A DNA stretch of 64,000 bases, from assembly GCA_031962025.1 (NCBI GenBank), contig JAVRKW010000002.1. One strand, written 5' to 3'. Made by a program: the position numbers and the translations under genes. This document shows positions 8,221-17,537 of this stretch, piece by piece (position 1 is the stretch's first letter; the number at the start of each line of letters is the position of its first letter). Origin of the DNA: Pseudothermotoga sp. GTDB lineage: Bacteria; Thermotogota; Thermotogae; Thermotogales; DSM-5069. The notes beneath the pieces are model-generated. The model was given only the letters and a program-made list of their open reading frames with translations. It had not been told where the DNA came from and made no database searches.

Positions 8221-10053
8221 ATGAAGAAAGTGTTTGTGTTGTCAGTGCTCGTTTTTGCGGTTTTTGCTTTCGCACAGGCTGTTAACTGGGCTTTCTTGCA
8301 GGAGCCAATTTCACTGAACATCTGGAATTACCTTGGTCCAAATGCGACGGTATGGACTGGCTATGTGATAGGTCCAAGAGTCTCCGGGTTGTACTCTTAC
8401 TCAGATGTGAGATTTGACTGGATCCCGAGTCTTGCCGCAGATCTTCCAGATCTTGAACAACAGGGAGATCAGTGGGTGTACACCATAAAACTCAGAACAG
8501 ATGTCACATGGTCAGATGGTACGAAGTTCTCTGCTGATGATGTTGTCTGGTCTATGAACACCGTCAGAAAATTCATAGTTGATTACGGTCTTGGTGGAAA
8601 CTGGGCTGGTTACATCGATCCCGATTACTTCATCAAAGCAGAAAAGGTTGATGATTTCACGGTGAAAATTTATTTCACACAACCAAGTCTTGCAAAGGCA
8701 AACTTCGGTGCATTGATGATGCCAATCCTTCAGAAAAAATACTGGGAACCAAAAGTTGAGGCAGCTCTCAAAACAGCGGATCCACTTCAAACAATGTACA
8801 ACTACGATGTTTCCGACGAGCCAATCCTTGGGGCATTCTTGCTGAAAAAGTGGGAAAAAGGAGCATTCATAGAAGTCACTGCTCGTAAAGATTACTTCGA
8901 CACCGGCAGTATACTGACTCTCTACAAAAACGGTGCGGTGTCCATCAAAAATCCAAACACTGGATTTGCCTGGTCTGGTTATGGTGAACCAACTGGTGAA
9001 AAATTGTACGAACTTGTCACAGGTCCTTACGTTGATAGCATAATCTACAGAATGTACCTGAACAGATCTGCCGCTATAACCGCTCTGATCAACGGCGATG
9101 TCAGCTTTATCTTCAATTCACTTGGCTTGCAAAAAGGTGAGGCAGATCAACTTGCAAAGGTTGCGAATGTTAAATTGATCAGCAACTCTGTGAACGGTTT
9201 CAGATACATGTGCTTCAACATGAGAAGATTCCCGATGAACATCAAAGAATTCAGACAAGCCATAGCGGCTCTTGTGGATCGTGAATTTCTCACTTCCAGG
9301 GTCCTTGGTGGTCAGGCATTTCCACAATACGGTGTTGTGCCCAATGGAAATGTCTTCTGGTACAACCCCAATGTTGAAAAACTTTCACCAGGTTATGGCA
9401 TGAGCTTTGGAGACAGAAGAAAACTTGCCATCGATCTTTTGAAAAAAGCTGGTTTCAAATGGGTTGTCGAGCCAAAGATCGAGGGCAACAACGTTGTCAG
9501 ACAGGGTAGAGGTTTGATTGGTCCTAATGGTCAGAGAATTGAACAAATAGAACTTCTTGCACCCGGTGCAGGCTATGACCCAATGAGAGCCACAATAGCA
9601 CTCTACATTGAAAGATGGGCAAATGAACTTGGTATACCTATAAAAGCGAACCTGGTCGACTTCAACCTGATCGTTCAGAAAGTCTTTGATGAGCCATTCA
9701 ACTTTGATATTTACATGCTGGGCTGGAGCCTTGGATACTATCCAGATCACGTTGCAGATTTCTTCCACAGCAAGCGCGCAGGTGTCGGTGATTACAACGC
9801 TGCTGGATACAACAATCCAGAGTTTGATAAACTTGCCGATGAATTTCTTGCAGCATCTGATATCGACAAGGCAAGAGAACTGTCCTTCAAACTTCAGGAG
9901 ATCCTTGCACAGGATGTTCCTTATGTGGTGATCTTTGACACACCGGTTACCGAAGCTTACAGAACAGATCAGATTATCTTCCCGTATGAAAAGACGCTGT
10001 CTGGATTGCAATATGCGAACGGAACACCACTGCTTGTAAAGGCAGCAAAATGA
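8221..10053 (+). CDS. Opp/Dpp family ABC transporter substrate-binding protein (SBP family 5)
   Basis: Signal peptide, LRTDVTWSDGTKFSADDV, FRQAIA..VDR, YNNPEFDKL. Confidence 0.95.
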   Translation: MKKVFVLSVLVFAVFAFAQAVNWAFLQEPISLNIWNYLGPNATVWTGYVIGPRVSGLYSYSDVRFDWIPSLAADLPDLEQQGDQWVYTIKLRTDVTWSDGTKFSADDVVWSMNTVRKFIVDYGLGGNWAGYIDPDYFIKAEKVDDFTVKIYFTQPSLAKANFGALMMPILQKKYWEPKVEAALKTADPLQTMYNYDVSDEPILGAFLLKKWEKGAFIEVTARKDYFDTGSILTLYKNGAVSIKNPNTGFAWSGYGEPTGEKLYELVTGPYVDSIIYRMYLNRSAAITALINGDVSFIFNSLGLQKGEADQLAKVANVKLISNSVNGFRYMCFNMRRFPMNIKEFRQAIAALVDREFLTSRVLGGQAFPQYGVVPNGNVFWYNPNVEKLSPGYGMSFGDRRKLAIDLLKKAGFKWVVEPKIEGNNVVRQGRGLIGPNGQRIEQIELLAPGAGYDPMRATIALYIERWANELGIPIKANLVDFNLIVQKVFDEPFNFDIYMLGWSLGYYPDHVADFFHSKRAGVGDYNAAGYNNPEFDKLADEFLAASDIDKARELSFKLQEILAQDVPYVVIFDTPVTEAYRTDQIIFPYEKTLSGLQYANGTPLLVKAAK

Positions 10054-10077
10054 GTATTCAATGATTTTTCAATTTCC

Positions 10078-10100
10078 ACCGCCCCGCCACGCGGGGCGGT
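10078..10100 (+). terminator. GC-rich hairpin after the SBP gene (partial terminator or mRNA stabiliser)
   Basis: ACCGCCCCGC-CAC-GCGGGGCGGT, followed shortly by TTTT. Confidence 0.7.
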
Positions 10101-10131
10101 TGGGATTTTATAGCCTGAGAGGAGGTAAAAG

Positions 10132-11283
10132 GTGCTTAAATTTATTGGCAAAAGAGCTTTTCAAATTGTCATACTTCTATTCATCTATGTTACAATTGTT
10201 TTCTGGTTGATGGAAGCCCTGCCTGGAAGTTTTCTTGATAAGTACCTCATGAATCCAAAGATTACTCCAGAAATAAGAGAAAACTTGAAACGTCAATTTG
10301 GTTTTGACAAACCCGTTTTTACCAGATATCTGTATTACATGAAAAACTTCGTGACCTTAGACCTCGGCGTGTCGTTTTCGTATTTTCCAAGGAAAGTCAC
10401 ATCAATAATATTTGAGAGGCTTCCCAGAACAGTTTTTCTGTTCGTAACCTCGACCTTAGTTTCGTATGCCCTTGGATATAATCTTGGTAAAAGATCTGCA
10501 TGGAGAAGAGGTAAGATAATCGATCAGGTGACAACCTTCACCGGCATCGTGTTCTGGACGATCTTTCTGCCGTTGCTCGCCATATTCAACATCTGGTTGT
10601 TTGGAGTTATACTGGGAGTACTTCCGCTGAACCAGTTTATAGAACCGAATCTTTGGAGACACGTTTCTTTTTCAGCGCAGGATCTTTTTCTAAAGCTTCT
10701 GCTCAATGCATTTATCTTTCTGATTGTTTTTCTAATTTCCATGATCATTTCCAGCAAACTCAAGACAATAGCCGCCAAGAGAGCTCTACTTTATACTTCT
10801 TCGATTACCACGATTGTTATCTCAATTTTGATTTGGATTCTCTCAGGCAAGGGAGTTTATGCCTGGGATATAATAAAACACATGGTTCTACCTGTATTTA
10901 CGCTGACACTCTATTCTTTTGCCGGAAGTATGCTTGTGATGCGTGACACAATGCTTGATGTTATAAGGGAAGACTACATCACCACGGCAAAGGCAAAGGG
11001 TTTACCTGATAAAGTAGTGAGAGACAAGCACGCGGCGAGAAACGCTTTGTTACCACTTGTGACCAATTTTGTGATAAGTCTTGGTTTCACGATAGGTGGA
11101 GGCATAATAACCGAAACCATGTTTTCCTGGCCCGGTCTTGGAAGGGCATATTTGGAAGCCCTCAATCAGCAGGATACTCCTTTGATGGTAGGACTTCTTG
11201 TTTTCACGGGTATTTTTGTTCTTATCGCCCACCTTGTTGCCGATGTACTCTATGCCTTTTTGGATCCAAGAATAAGATATTGA
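10132..11283 (+). CDS. Opp/Dpp ABC permease (OppB-like)
   Basis: DLGVSF, ERLPRT, EAA loop DYITTAKAKGL, ETMFSWPGLG, LDPRIRY. Confidence 0.95.
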   Translation: MLKFIGKRAFQIVILLFIYVTIVFWLMEALPGSFLDKYLMNPKITPEIRENLKRQFGFDKPVFTRYLYYMKNFVTLDLGVSFSYFPRKVTSIIFERLPRTVFLFVTSTLVSYALGYNLGKRSAWRRGKIIDQVTTFTGIVFWTIFLPLLAIFNIWLFGVILGVLPLNQFIEPNLWRHVSFSAQDLFLKLLLNAFIFLIVFLISMIISSKLKTIAAKRALLYTSSITTIVISILIWILSGKGVYAWDIIKHMVLPVFTLTLYSFAGSMLVMRDTMLDVIREDYITTAKAKGLPDKVVRDKHAARNALLPLVTNFVISLGFTIGGGIITETMFSWPGLGRAYLEALNQQDTPLMVGLLVFTGIFVLIAHLVADVLYAFLDPRIRY

Positions 11284-11284
11284 G

Positions 11285-12274
11285 GTGAGCAAAATGGTTG
11301 AAGCGGTCATAAAGGAACCCCTGTGGAAGATTCGTCTTAAACTCTGGATGAGATCCTTCAGAACAGGATGGGAGTTGTTCAGAGAAAGAAAGCTGGCTGT
11401 TTTTGGACTCAGTGTCATAATATTCTTCGCAATTTTTGGTCTGGTTTATCCTCTTTATCCGATCATAATGAAAAACATTTTCTGGAAAAATGATCCTTTA
11501 GGGTATCAGGCATTCGCACCTTATGATCCTGTAATTGGTTTTGATCCTGATGTAATTAGCCACCCATCTGCCCCATCTCTCAGACATCCACTTGGCACAG
11601 ACCCACTTGGAAGAGATATTCTGTCGATGATCATGTACAGCACACCGCGTGAATTTGTCCTTGGTATAACTGCCGCTTTGATAACAGTTGTCATAGGTAC
11701 GATCATCGGTGCCAGCTGTGCATATTATGGCGGTGTGATAGATACATTTTTTATGAGACTTGCTGATATAGTCATGCTTTTCCCAAGTCTTGCACTTTTG
11801 ATGGTCCTGAGTGCTTTCATAGATTTGACGCTTTTCAGACTGGCTCTGATCATAGGTATGCTTTCTGGCTTTGGTTCAATCACTCTGGTGTTGAAAGCGC
11901 AGGCTTTGACCATAAAGGTTAGACCATTCATCGAAGCCGCAAAGTCTGCCGGTGCGAGTGACGCTTATATAATATTCAAGCACATCATTCCAAATATTTT
12001 ACCTCTCTCGTTTTTGTACATGATGCTGGATGTGACAGGTGCTATCTTCACCGAAGCTACACTCTCTTTCCTGGGTCTTGCAAACATTAGGATGAGCTGG
12101 GGTGTGATCATTCAAATGGCTGAATCGTCAGGTTACCTGATGGGAGCGAGTATAGGAACTTACTGGTGGCTGTGGCTTCCTGCTGGAGTCTGCATAACTT
12201 TGCTGTGTTCTGCATTCTATTTCCTTGGTAGAGGACTTGAAGAGATTGTGAACCCAAGGCTCAGAAAGAGGTGA
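11285..12274 (+). CDS. Opp/Dpp ABC permease (OppC-like)
   Basis: HPLGTDPLGRDI, FIEAAKSAGAS, KHIIPN, LSFLGL, NPRLR. Confidence 0.95.
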   Translation: MSKMVEAVIKEPLWKIRLKLWMRSFRTGWELFRERKLAVFGLSVIIFFAIFGLVYPLYPIIMKNIFWKNDPLGYQAFAPYDPVIGFDPDVISHPSAPSLRHPLGTDPLGRDILSMIMYSTPREFVLGITAALITVVIGTIIGASCAYYGGVIDTFFMRLADIVMLFPSLALLMVLSAFIDLTLFRLALIIGMLSGFGSITLVLKAQALTIKVRPFIEAAKSAGASDAYIIFKHIIPNILPLSFLYMMLDVTGAIFTEATLSFLGLANIRMSWGVIIQMAESSGYLMGASIGTYWWLWLPAGVCITLLCSAFYFLGRGLEEIVNPRLRKR

Positions 12275-12278
12275 TGAA

Positions 12279-13277
12279 ATGCTGCTCTCTGTGAAAGATT
12301 TGAGGATGCACTATAAGACGAAAATGGGATATGTGAAGGCTGTTGATGGGATAAATTTTGATCTTGATTCTGGTGAGAGTTTGGGAATAGTTGGCGAATC
12401 TGGATGTGGTAAAACTTCTATCTCGATGACGATTTTGAGGTTGTTACCAGATAATGCAGAGTTCAAAACGGGAAGTGTTCTTTTTGATATGGGAAACGGT
12501 CCAGTGGATCTTGTTCAATTAGACGAATCAGAAATGAGAAAATACAGATGGCGTGGCATATCTATGATCTTTCAGGCTGCCATGAATTCACTCAATCCAG
12601 TTTATAAGGTGGGAGATCAGATAATCGAAGCCATACAGAACCATTTTCCCGAAACTCCTGTGGACAAAGCCCGAGAAAAAGTCGCCGAGCTCTTTGAATT
12701 GGTTGGACTCGATCCGTCCAGGATGGATCAATATCCACATCAGTACAGTGGTGGAATGAAACAAAGAGCGGTTATTGCAATGGCTTTAGCATGTGATCCA
12801 AGAGTTATCATTGCCGATGAACCAACAACAGCGCTCGATGTTATCGTTCAGGACAGGATACTCAAAGAAATAAGAAAGATTCAAAAGAAGCTGAACATGG
12901 CAATGATATACATCTCTCATGATATCGCAGTGATAGCAGAAGTCAGCGATAAAATAGCGGTCATGTATGCGGGAAAATTCGCTGAACTCGCCGATTCAGT
13001 GACAATTTTCAAAAGACCCATGCATCCGTATACCTATGGTTTGATGCATGCTTTTCCAAGTACCGTTGGTGAAAAAACAGATCTTGTCACGATACCAGGA
13101 GAGCCACCAAACTTGCTCAATCCACCAAAAGGCTGTCGGTTTGCTCCAAGATGTCCCAAAGCAGATACAACGTGCTTGAACCAGGAGCCTGAGTACAGAG
13201 AAATAGAAAAAGGTCACTTTGTAGCATGCCATCATCCTGTGGAACCAAAAGAGGTGGTGCGTTTCTATGAACAATGA
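12279..13277 (+). CDS. Opp/Dpp ABC ATP-binding protein (OppD-like)
   Basis: GESGCGKT, YPHQYSGGMKQR, ADEPTTALD, C-terminal GCRFAPRC...ACH. Confidence 0.97.
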   Translation: MLLSVKDLRMHYKTKMGYVKAVDGINFDLDSGESLGIVGESGCGKTSISMTILRLLPDNAEFKTGSVLFDMGNGPVDLVQLDESEMRKYRWRGISMIFQAAMNSLNPVYKVGDQIIEAIQNHFPETPVDKAREKVAELFELVGLDPSRMDQYPHQYSGGMKQRAVIAMALACDPRVIIADEPTTALDVIVQDRILKEIRKIQKKLNMAMIYISHDIAVIAEVSDKIAVMYAGKFAELADSVTIFKRPMHPYTYGLMHAFPSTVGEKTDLVTIPGEPPNLLNPPKGCRFAPRCPKADTTCLNQEPEYREIEKGHFVACHHPVEPKEVVRFYEQ

Positions 13278-14436
13278 ACTGGTGTTAAAAATAGAAAATC
13301 TCAGAAAACTTTTCCCGGCTGAAAGGCGCATTTTCGGCAAAACAAGATACTTTGTTCATGCCGTGGATGATATTTCAATCGAGATAAAAAAGAAGGAATC
13401 ACTTGCGCTGGTTGGAGAATCAGGCTGTGGAAAAACGACAACAGGCAAAGTTCTTGTGGGGCTTGAAGAACCGACAGAAGGAAGGATAATCTTTGAACAG
13501 GAAGATGTAACACCCCTGTTGTATGAAAATGAATCCTTGGCAAGGCGCTATGTGGAAAAAAATTATGTTGAAAGGTTTTCAAAGATGAGTGATGAACAGC
13601 TCAGACAATTAGATGGTATAGATGGCATATATGCCGATAGGTTTCTCAAACTTTCAAGAAACGAGGCGAAATTCGTTTCAGAGTTTCTCGAAAATCGAAG
13701 ATCAAGGGTCTGGCAATTGCGCAGGCGTGTACAGATGATCTTCCAGGATCCGTACGAATCGCTCAATCCAAGGATGACGATCTTCGATATAGTTTCTGAA
13801 CCTTTGAACATCCACGAAATAGGTAATTTGAAAGAACGTGAGGATAGAGTCGCGCAAATGCTTGCGGATGTCGGCTTGACCCCGCCGGAAACTTTCATGT
13901 TCAGATTTCCACACGAACTTTCAGGTGGGCAGAGACAGAGAGTGGCAATAGCAAGAGCGTTGATTTTGAATCCATCTTTTGTAATCGCAGATGAACCCAC
14001 TTCAATGCTCGATGTGTCAATTCGAACAGGTGTGATGAAACTGATGATGAGACTTGCCGATGAACACAACATGAGTTATCTGTACATAACTCACGATCTT
14101 GCCGTCGCAAGGTATATGAGCAACAACATAGCGGTCATGTACCTGGGTAAAATAGTTGAGACTGGTCCAACCGAGGAGGTACTGCAAAATCCACTTCATC
14201 CTTATACCAAAGCTCTTCTGGCTGCGGTACCTATCCCTGACCCGGAGCAGAGAAGAGGCGAACCAAATATAAAAGGGAGTGTTCCCAAGCCTATAAACCC
14301 GCCAAAGCGGTGCAGGTTTTTCGATAGGTGTCCGTATGCAGTTGAGTATTGTGAAAAGAACGACCATCCACGTTTGGTAGAAGTTCTTCAGGGGCATAAG
14401 GTCGCCTGTTATGTTGTCAGTGGAGAAGCAAAATAG
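13267..14436 (+). CDS. Opp/Dpp ABC ATP-binding protein (OppF-like) with an internal insertion
   Basis: GESGCGKT, FQDPYESLNP, LSGGQRQR, ADEPTSMLD, CRFFDRCP. Confidence 0.96.
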   Translation: MNNELVLKIENLRKLFPAERRIFGKTRYFVHAVDDISIEIKKKESLALVGESGCGKTTTGKVLVGLEEPTEGRIIFEQEDVTPLLYENESLARRYVEKNYVERFSKMSDEQLRQLDGIDGIYADRFLKLSRNEAKFVSEFLENRRSRVWQLRRRVQMIFQDPYESLNPRMTIFDIVSEPLNIHEIGNLKEREDRVAQMLADVGLTPPETFMFRFPHELSGGQRQRVAIARALILNPSFVIADEPTSMLDVSIRTGVMKLMMRLADEHNMSYLYITHDLAVARYMSNNIAVMYLGKIVETGPTEEVLQNPLHPYTKALLAAVPIPDPEQRRGEPNIKGSVPKPINPPKRCRFFDRCPYAVEYCEKNDHPRLVEVLQGHKVACYVVSGEAK

Positions 14437-14842
14437 AAAGATTAACTGGCTTTTGTTTTTGTGTATAACCCTGGCGGTGTTGAATTACACTGCCGGGGTG
14501 ATTGTTTATAGAGGTTACATTCAAAGACTTTCCAGCACATCGGCTGTTTGCCAGATTTTTCTAAAATCCGATTCTTTGCACGGAGAAATAAACATAAACC
14601 CCCCTGATGATTTGGCTGTTTTTCCTGTGGATTATCAGATCTATTTTTATGATCAAAAAGGTGATACACTACAACTTGTTGCGAATTCTTTAAACGGACA
14701 GCTTCGTGCGGTTTTTGATGTTCCAATCAGAGAGAAACTTTTTTCGACTCAATGGCATGTTGTGGGATATTCAAACATTAGAATCAAATGGTTGTGGCTC
14801 TCGATGAATCTGACTTTGCCAGTAGAGGTGGAGGTCAGATGA
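14411..14842 (+). CDS. Hypothetical protein with a single N-terminal TM anchor
   Basis: ORF overlaps the oppF 3' end; hydrophobic WLLFLCITLAVLNYTAGVIVY; ATGA overlap with the next gene. Confidence 0.65.
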   Translation: MLSVEKQNRKINWLLFLCITLAVLNYTAGVIVYRGYIQRLSSTSAVCQIFLKSDSLHGEININPPDDLAVFPVDYQIYFYDQKGDTLQLVANSLNGQLRAVFDVPIREKLFSTQWHVVGYSNIRIKWLWLSMNLTLPVEVEVR

Positions 14843-15198
14843 AGAAAATCTCTGTCTTTTTCATTTTAATGGTTTTTGTTTACCATGCGGTTGTTTTTGA
14901 ACTGATTTTAGGAAAGTTTTCACCACTGCCGTCTTATTTACTCTGGGTGATCGTTGCTGTGATCTCCTGGGTTGTTGGATTGTCTGTGGAGTCATTTTCG
15001 AAGATCCTGTTTATCATAATAGGTTCTTTCATTGTGGCTGGAATTGTCAGCTACTTTCTGATGGGTTATTACATTCGCGAAGGTGTAGCTGGTCTGGTTC
15101 AGATCATTACTCTGAAAATGATATCAATCTCTCTGCTCACCATCTTTTTGCTCAGCAGTATCTGCGCCTTTTTTGGTTACATGTTCAGATCTCATTAG
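14839..15198 (+). CDS. Hypothetical 4-TM membrane protein
   Basis: GGAGG RBS, ATG at 14839 overlapping the upstream TGA; four hydrophobic segments. Confidence 0.75.
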   Translation: MKKISVFFILMVFVYHAVVFELILGKFSPLPSYLLWVIVAVISWVVGLSVESFSKILFIIIGSFIVAGIVSYFLMGYYIREGVAGLVQIITLKMISISLLTIFLLSSICAFFGYMFRSH

Positions 15199-15744
15199 TA
15201 CAAATAGGCTCACTGAATTATTCAGTACATGGCAGAGTAATGCGCAAAAAAGGCTTTTTGTGCTCAAGACAGAGTAAGCGAATATGTAACCCACGGCAAA
15301 TCTGTAAGCAAAATTGAAGATTGAAAATCTCTCTATCTTGCTGAAAACGTTCGACAGATGAATGAAAGAAAAGATCAATGCATTTATAAAGACATCTGGT
15401 ATCAGAGACAGTACTGCGCCTCTGAAGATGATCTCCTCTGATATGGGTAGCAGAATGCCCATGAAGATAAGGTCAACAAAAGATATTTTTTTGTAAAATC
15501 TGATTTGTTCAGCCTTGAGAAAGCCCCCAAGAAGGATCATCGCTCCAAAAGCTACAAGAAAAGGTATCAATCCCTTAAATTGTATTTTGAATGTGTAAGG
15601 CACTCTCAGAAAAACAAAAAGAACAACTGCATACAGAAGCTGGCAAAAAGCGATGAACTGTATTCTATTTTTTCTGAGCAATTTAGAGAGATTTTGCAGT
15701 ACTATCATTACAAACAAAACCAGTAAAACCAGTAAAAATCCCAA
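15124..15744 (-). CDS. CPBP/Abi (CAAX-like) intramembrane glutamic protease
   Basis: EEIIFRG, FSFIH, CHVLNN motifs in a multi-TM protein. Confidence 0.9.
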   Translation of the reverse strand: MGFLLVLLVLFVMIVLQNLSKLLRKNRIQFIAFCQLLYAVVLFVFLRVPYTFKIQFKGLIPFLVAFGAMILLGGFLKAEQIRFYKKISFVDLIFMGILLPISEEIIFRGAVLSLIPDVFINALIFSFIHLSNVFSKIERFSIFNFAYRFAVGYIFAYSVLSTKSLFCALLCHVLNNSVSLFVLMRSEHVTKKGADTAEQKDGEQRD

Positions 15745-15755
15745 ATTTCATCCCT

Positions 15756-17537
15756 CTATCTTTCTAACACGTTTTTCACGGTCGAATTGCACACGCCACA
15801 GCCATGGCATCTGTCCCATCGGCAATCTGAAGTTGTAATGCCTTTCAAAGCTTTTTCATATTCTTCTATCAGAAACTTTTTACTCACTCCAACATCGATG
15901 TGATCCCAGGGAAAGTCTTGATCGATACTCTTTTGGCTCAGATAAGAATGTAGATCGATCTGGCATTTTTCGATGGCATTCTGCCATAGACTGAAGTTGA
16001 AAATATTTTCCCATTCATCAAACAGTGAACCATCTGTGAACGCGTTCAAAACAACATCGAAGACCTTTCTATCGCCTCTGGATAGCAAGCCTTCTATCAG
16101 GCTCATGTGCGGGTTGTGAAAATCGATGCTGGCAATGTCTTTTGCCTGCAAAATGATTTTCTGTGCATGGTTTACATAATCGATCGATCTTTGCTCGGCA
16201 AACTGGAAAGGTGTGTGTGGTTTTGGTATGAAATTTGCCACAGAAAGAACGATCTTTTTGAATCCAATTTTGCGAGCGATTTTAGCCATTTGCACAATGC
16301 CGTAAAGGTCTTCATCTTTCTCTGTTGGCAAACCGATCATGAAATAGAGCTTCACCCTGTTCCAACCAGCTTTCTTTGCCGCTTCAAGGGTGCTTATGTA
16401 ATCTTCTTCGGTCACATTTTTGTTTATCACATTTCTGAGCCTTTGAGTACCAGCCTCCGGCGCAAATGTCAAACCTGTTCTCCGTACAGCGCTCACCGCT
16501 TGTGCGATGGACAGACCGAATCTATCAAGGCGTGTAGAAGGTATGGATATGGACACAGCCAGGTTTTTAAGCTTTTCTCTGAGAGTTTCTAAAACTGTAT
16601 TTATGGTGCTGTGATCTGCGGTAGACAGTGACAAAAGAGCGAGTTCTTCGTAACCTGTGCATAAAAGCGATGAGATTGATTCATCGATGATATTTTTACT
16701 GTACTTTTCTCTGACAGGTCTGTATATGATTCCTGCCTGGCAAAATCTGCATCCTCTGGTGCAGCCGCGCATGACTTCCACCACGACTCTATCGTGAACG
16801 GGTTGTGTATTTGGTATTATTCTCTGATCTGAGAGTTTAGCTTCGTTGAGATCTTTGAATATCCTTCGGTTTATCTTTTTCGGTGCCCAGTCAAAAAGCG
16901 GTCTTGGTGGTATGGTCGGTTGATAAAACATCGGCACATAAACTCCGTCTATTTGAGAAAGTACCTTGAGCCTTTCTTCTCTTTTCATTCCTTTTGTCTG
17001 GATCAAGCTTTGAGCTATTTGCAGAGCCACATCTTCCCCATCTCCCACGACAAACGCATCGAAAACTCTTGCAAGGACCTCGGGATTTGTTGTACATGGC
17101 CCACCGGCGATGATTATTGGATCACTTTCTGTACGCAGATCCGAATAAAGCGGTATTTTGGCAAGATCGAGTACGCAGAGTACATTTGTGTATGAAAGTT
17201 CGTACTGAAGAGATATACCTATCAAATCGAGTTTTCTCAACGGAGTCTTCGATTCCAGTGTGAACAATTCGATGTCTTTTTGCTTCATCAGATTTATCAT
17301 GTCTTTCCACGGCAAAAAAGCTCTCTCAGCCCATACCTCTGGCAGGTTGTTCAGCACATTGTAGATGATCAACAGTCCAAGATTTGACATTCCGATTTCG
17401 TAAAGGTCTGGGAAGACCAGTCCCACTCTGAGTTTTACTTCAGACGGGTTTTTCATTATCTGATTGTATTCCATACCGATGTACCTGGAAGGTTTTTCGA
17501 CTTTTTCAAGGTTTTCATTTATTAAACGCAGGATCAT
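15756..17537 (-). CDS. TIGR03960-type B12-binding-like radical SAM protein
   Basis: VEKPSRYIGMEYN, FPDLYEIGMSNLG, CTRGCRFC, APEAGTQRLR, FIPKPHTPFQ, C-terminal DC...C.GCGVC. Confidence 0.92.
   Translation of the reverse strand: MILRLINENLEKVEKPSRYIGMEYNQIMKNPSEVKLRVGLVFPDLYEIGMSNLGLLIIYNVLNNLPEVWAERAFLPWKDMINLMKQKDIELFTLESKTPLRKLDLIGISLQYELSYTNVLCVLDLAKIPLYSDLRTESDPIIIAGGPCTTNPEVLARVFDAFVVGDGEDVALQIAQSLIQTKGMKREERLKVLSQIDGVYVPMFYQPTIPPRPLFDWAPKKINRRIFKDLNEAKLSDQRIIPNTQPVHDRVVVEVMRGCTRGCRFCQAGIIYRPVREKYSKNIIDESISSLLCTGYEELALLSLSTADHSTINTVLETLREKLKNLAVSISIPSTRLDRFGLSIAQAVSAVRRTGLTFAPEAGTQRLRNVINKNVTEEDYISTLEAAKKAGWNRVKLYFMIGLPTEKDEDLYGIVQMAKIARKIGFKKIVLSVANFIPKPHTPFQFAEQRSIDYVNHAQKIILQAKDIASIDFHNPHMSLIEGLLSRGDRKVFDVVLNAFTDGSLFDEWENIFNFSLWQNAIEKCQIDLHSYLSQKSIDQDFPWDHIDVGVSKKFLIEEYEKALKGITTSDCRWDRCHGCGVCNSTVKNVLER

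Noticed and set aside
9385..10011. 208-aa ORF on - strand (and similar antisense ORFs at 20955, 42275, 51381, 60946, 62110)
   Set aside because: Antisense to well-supported genes; no independent evidence.
15716..15737. Short tandem repeat AAAACCAGT x2
   Set aside because: Only two copies, encoding a hydrophobic Leu/Val stretch of the CPBP gene.
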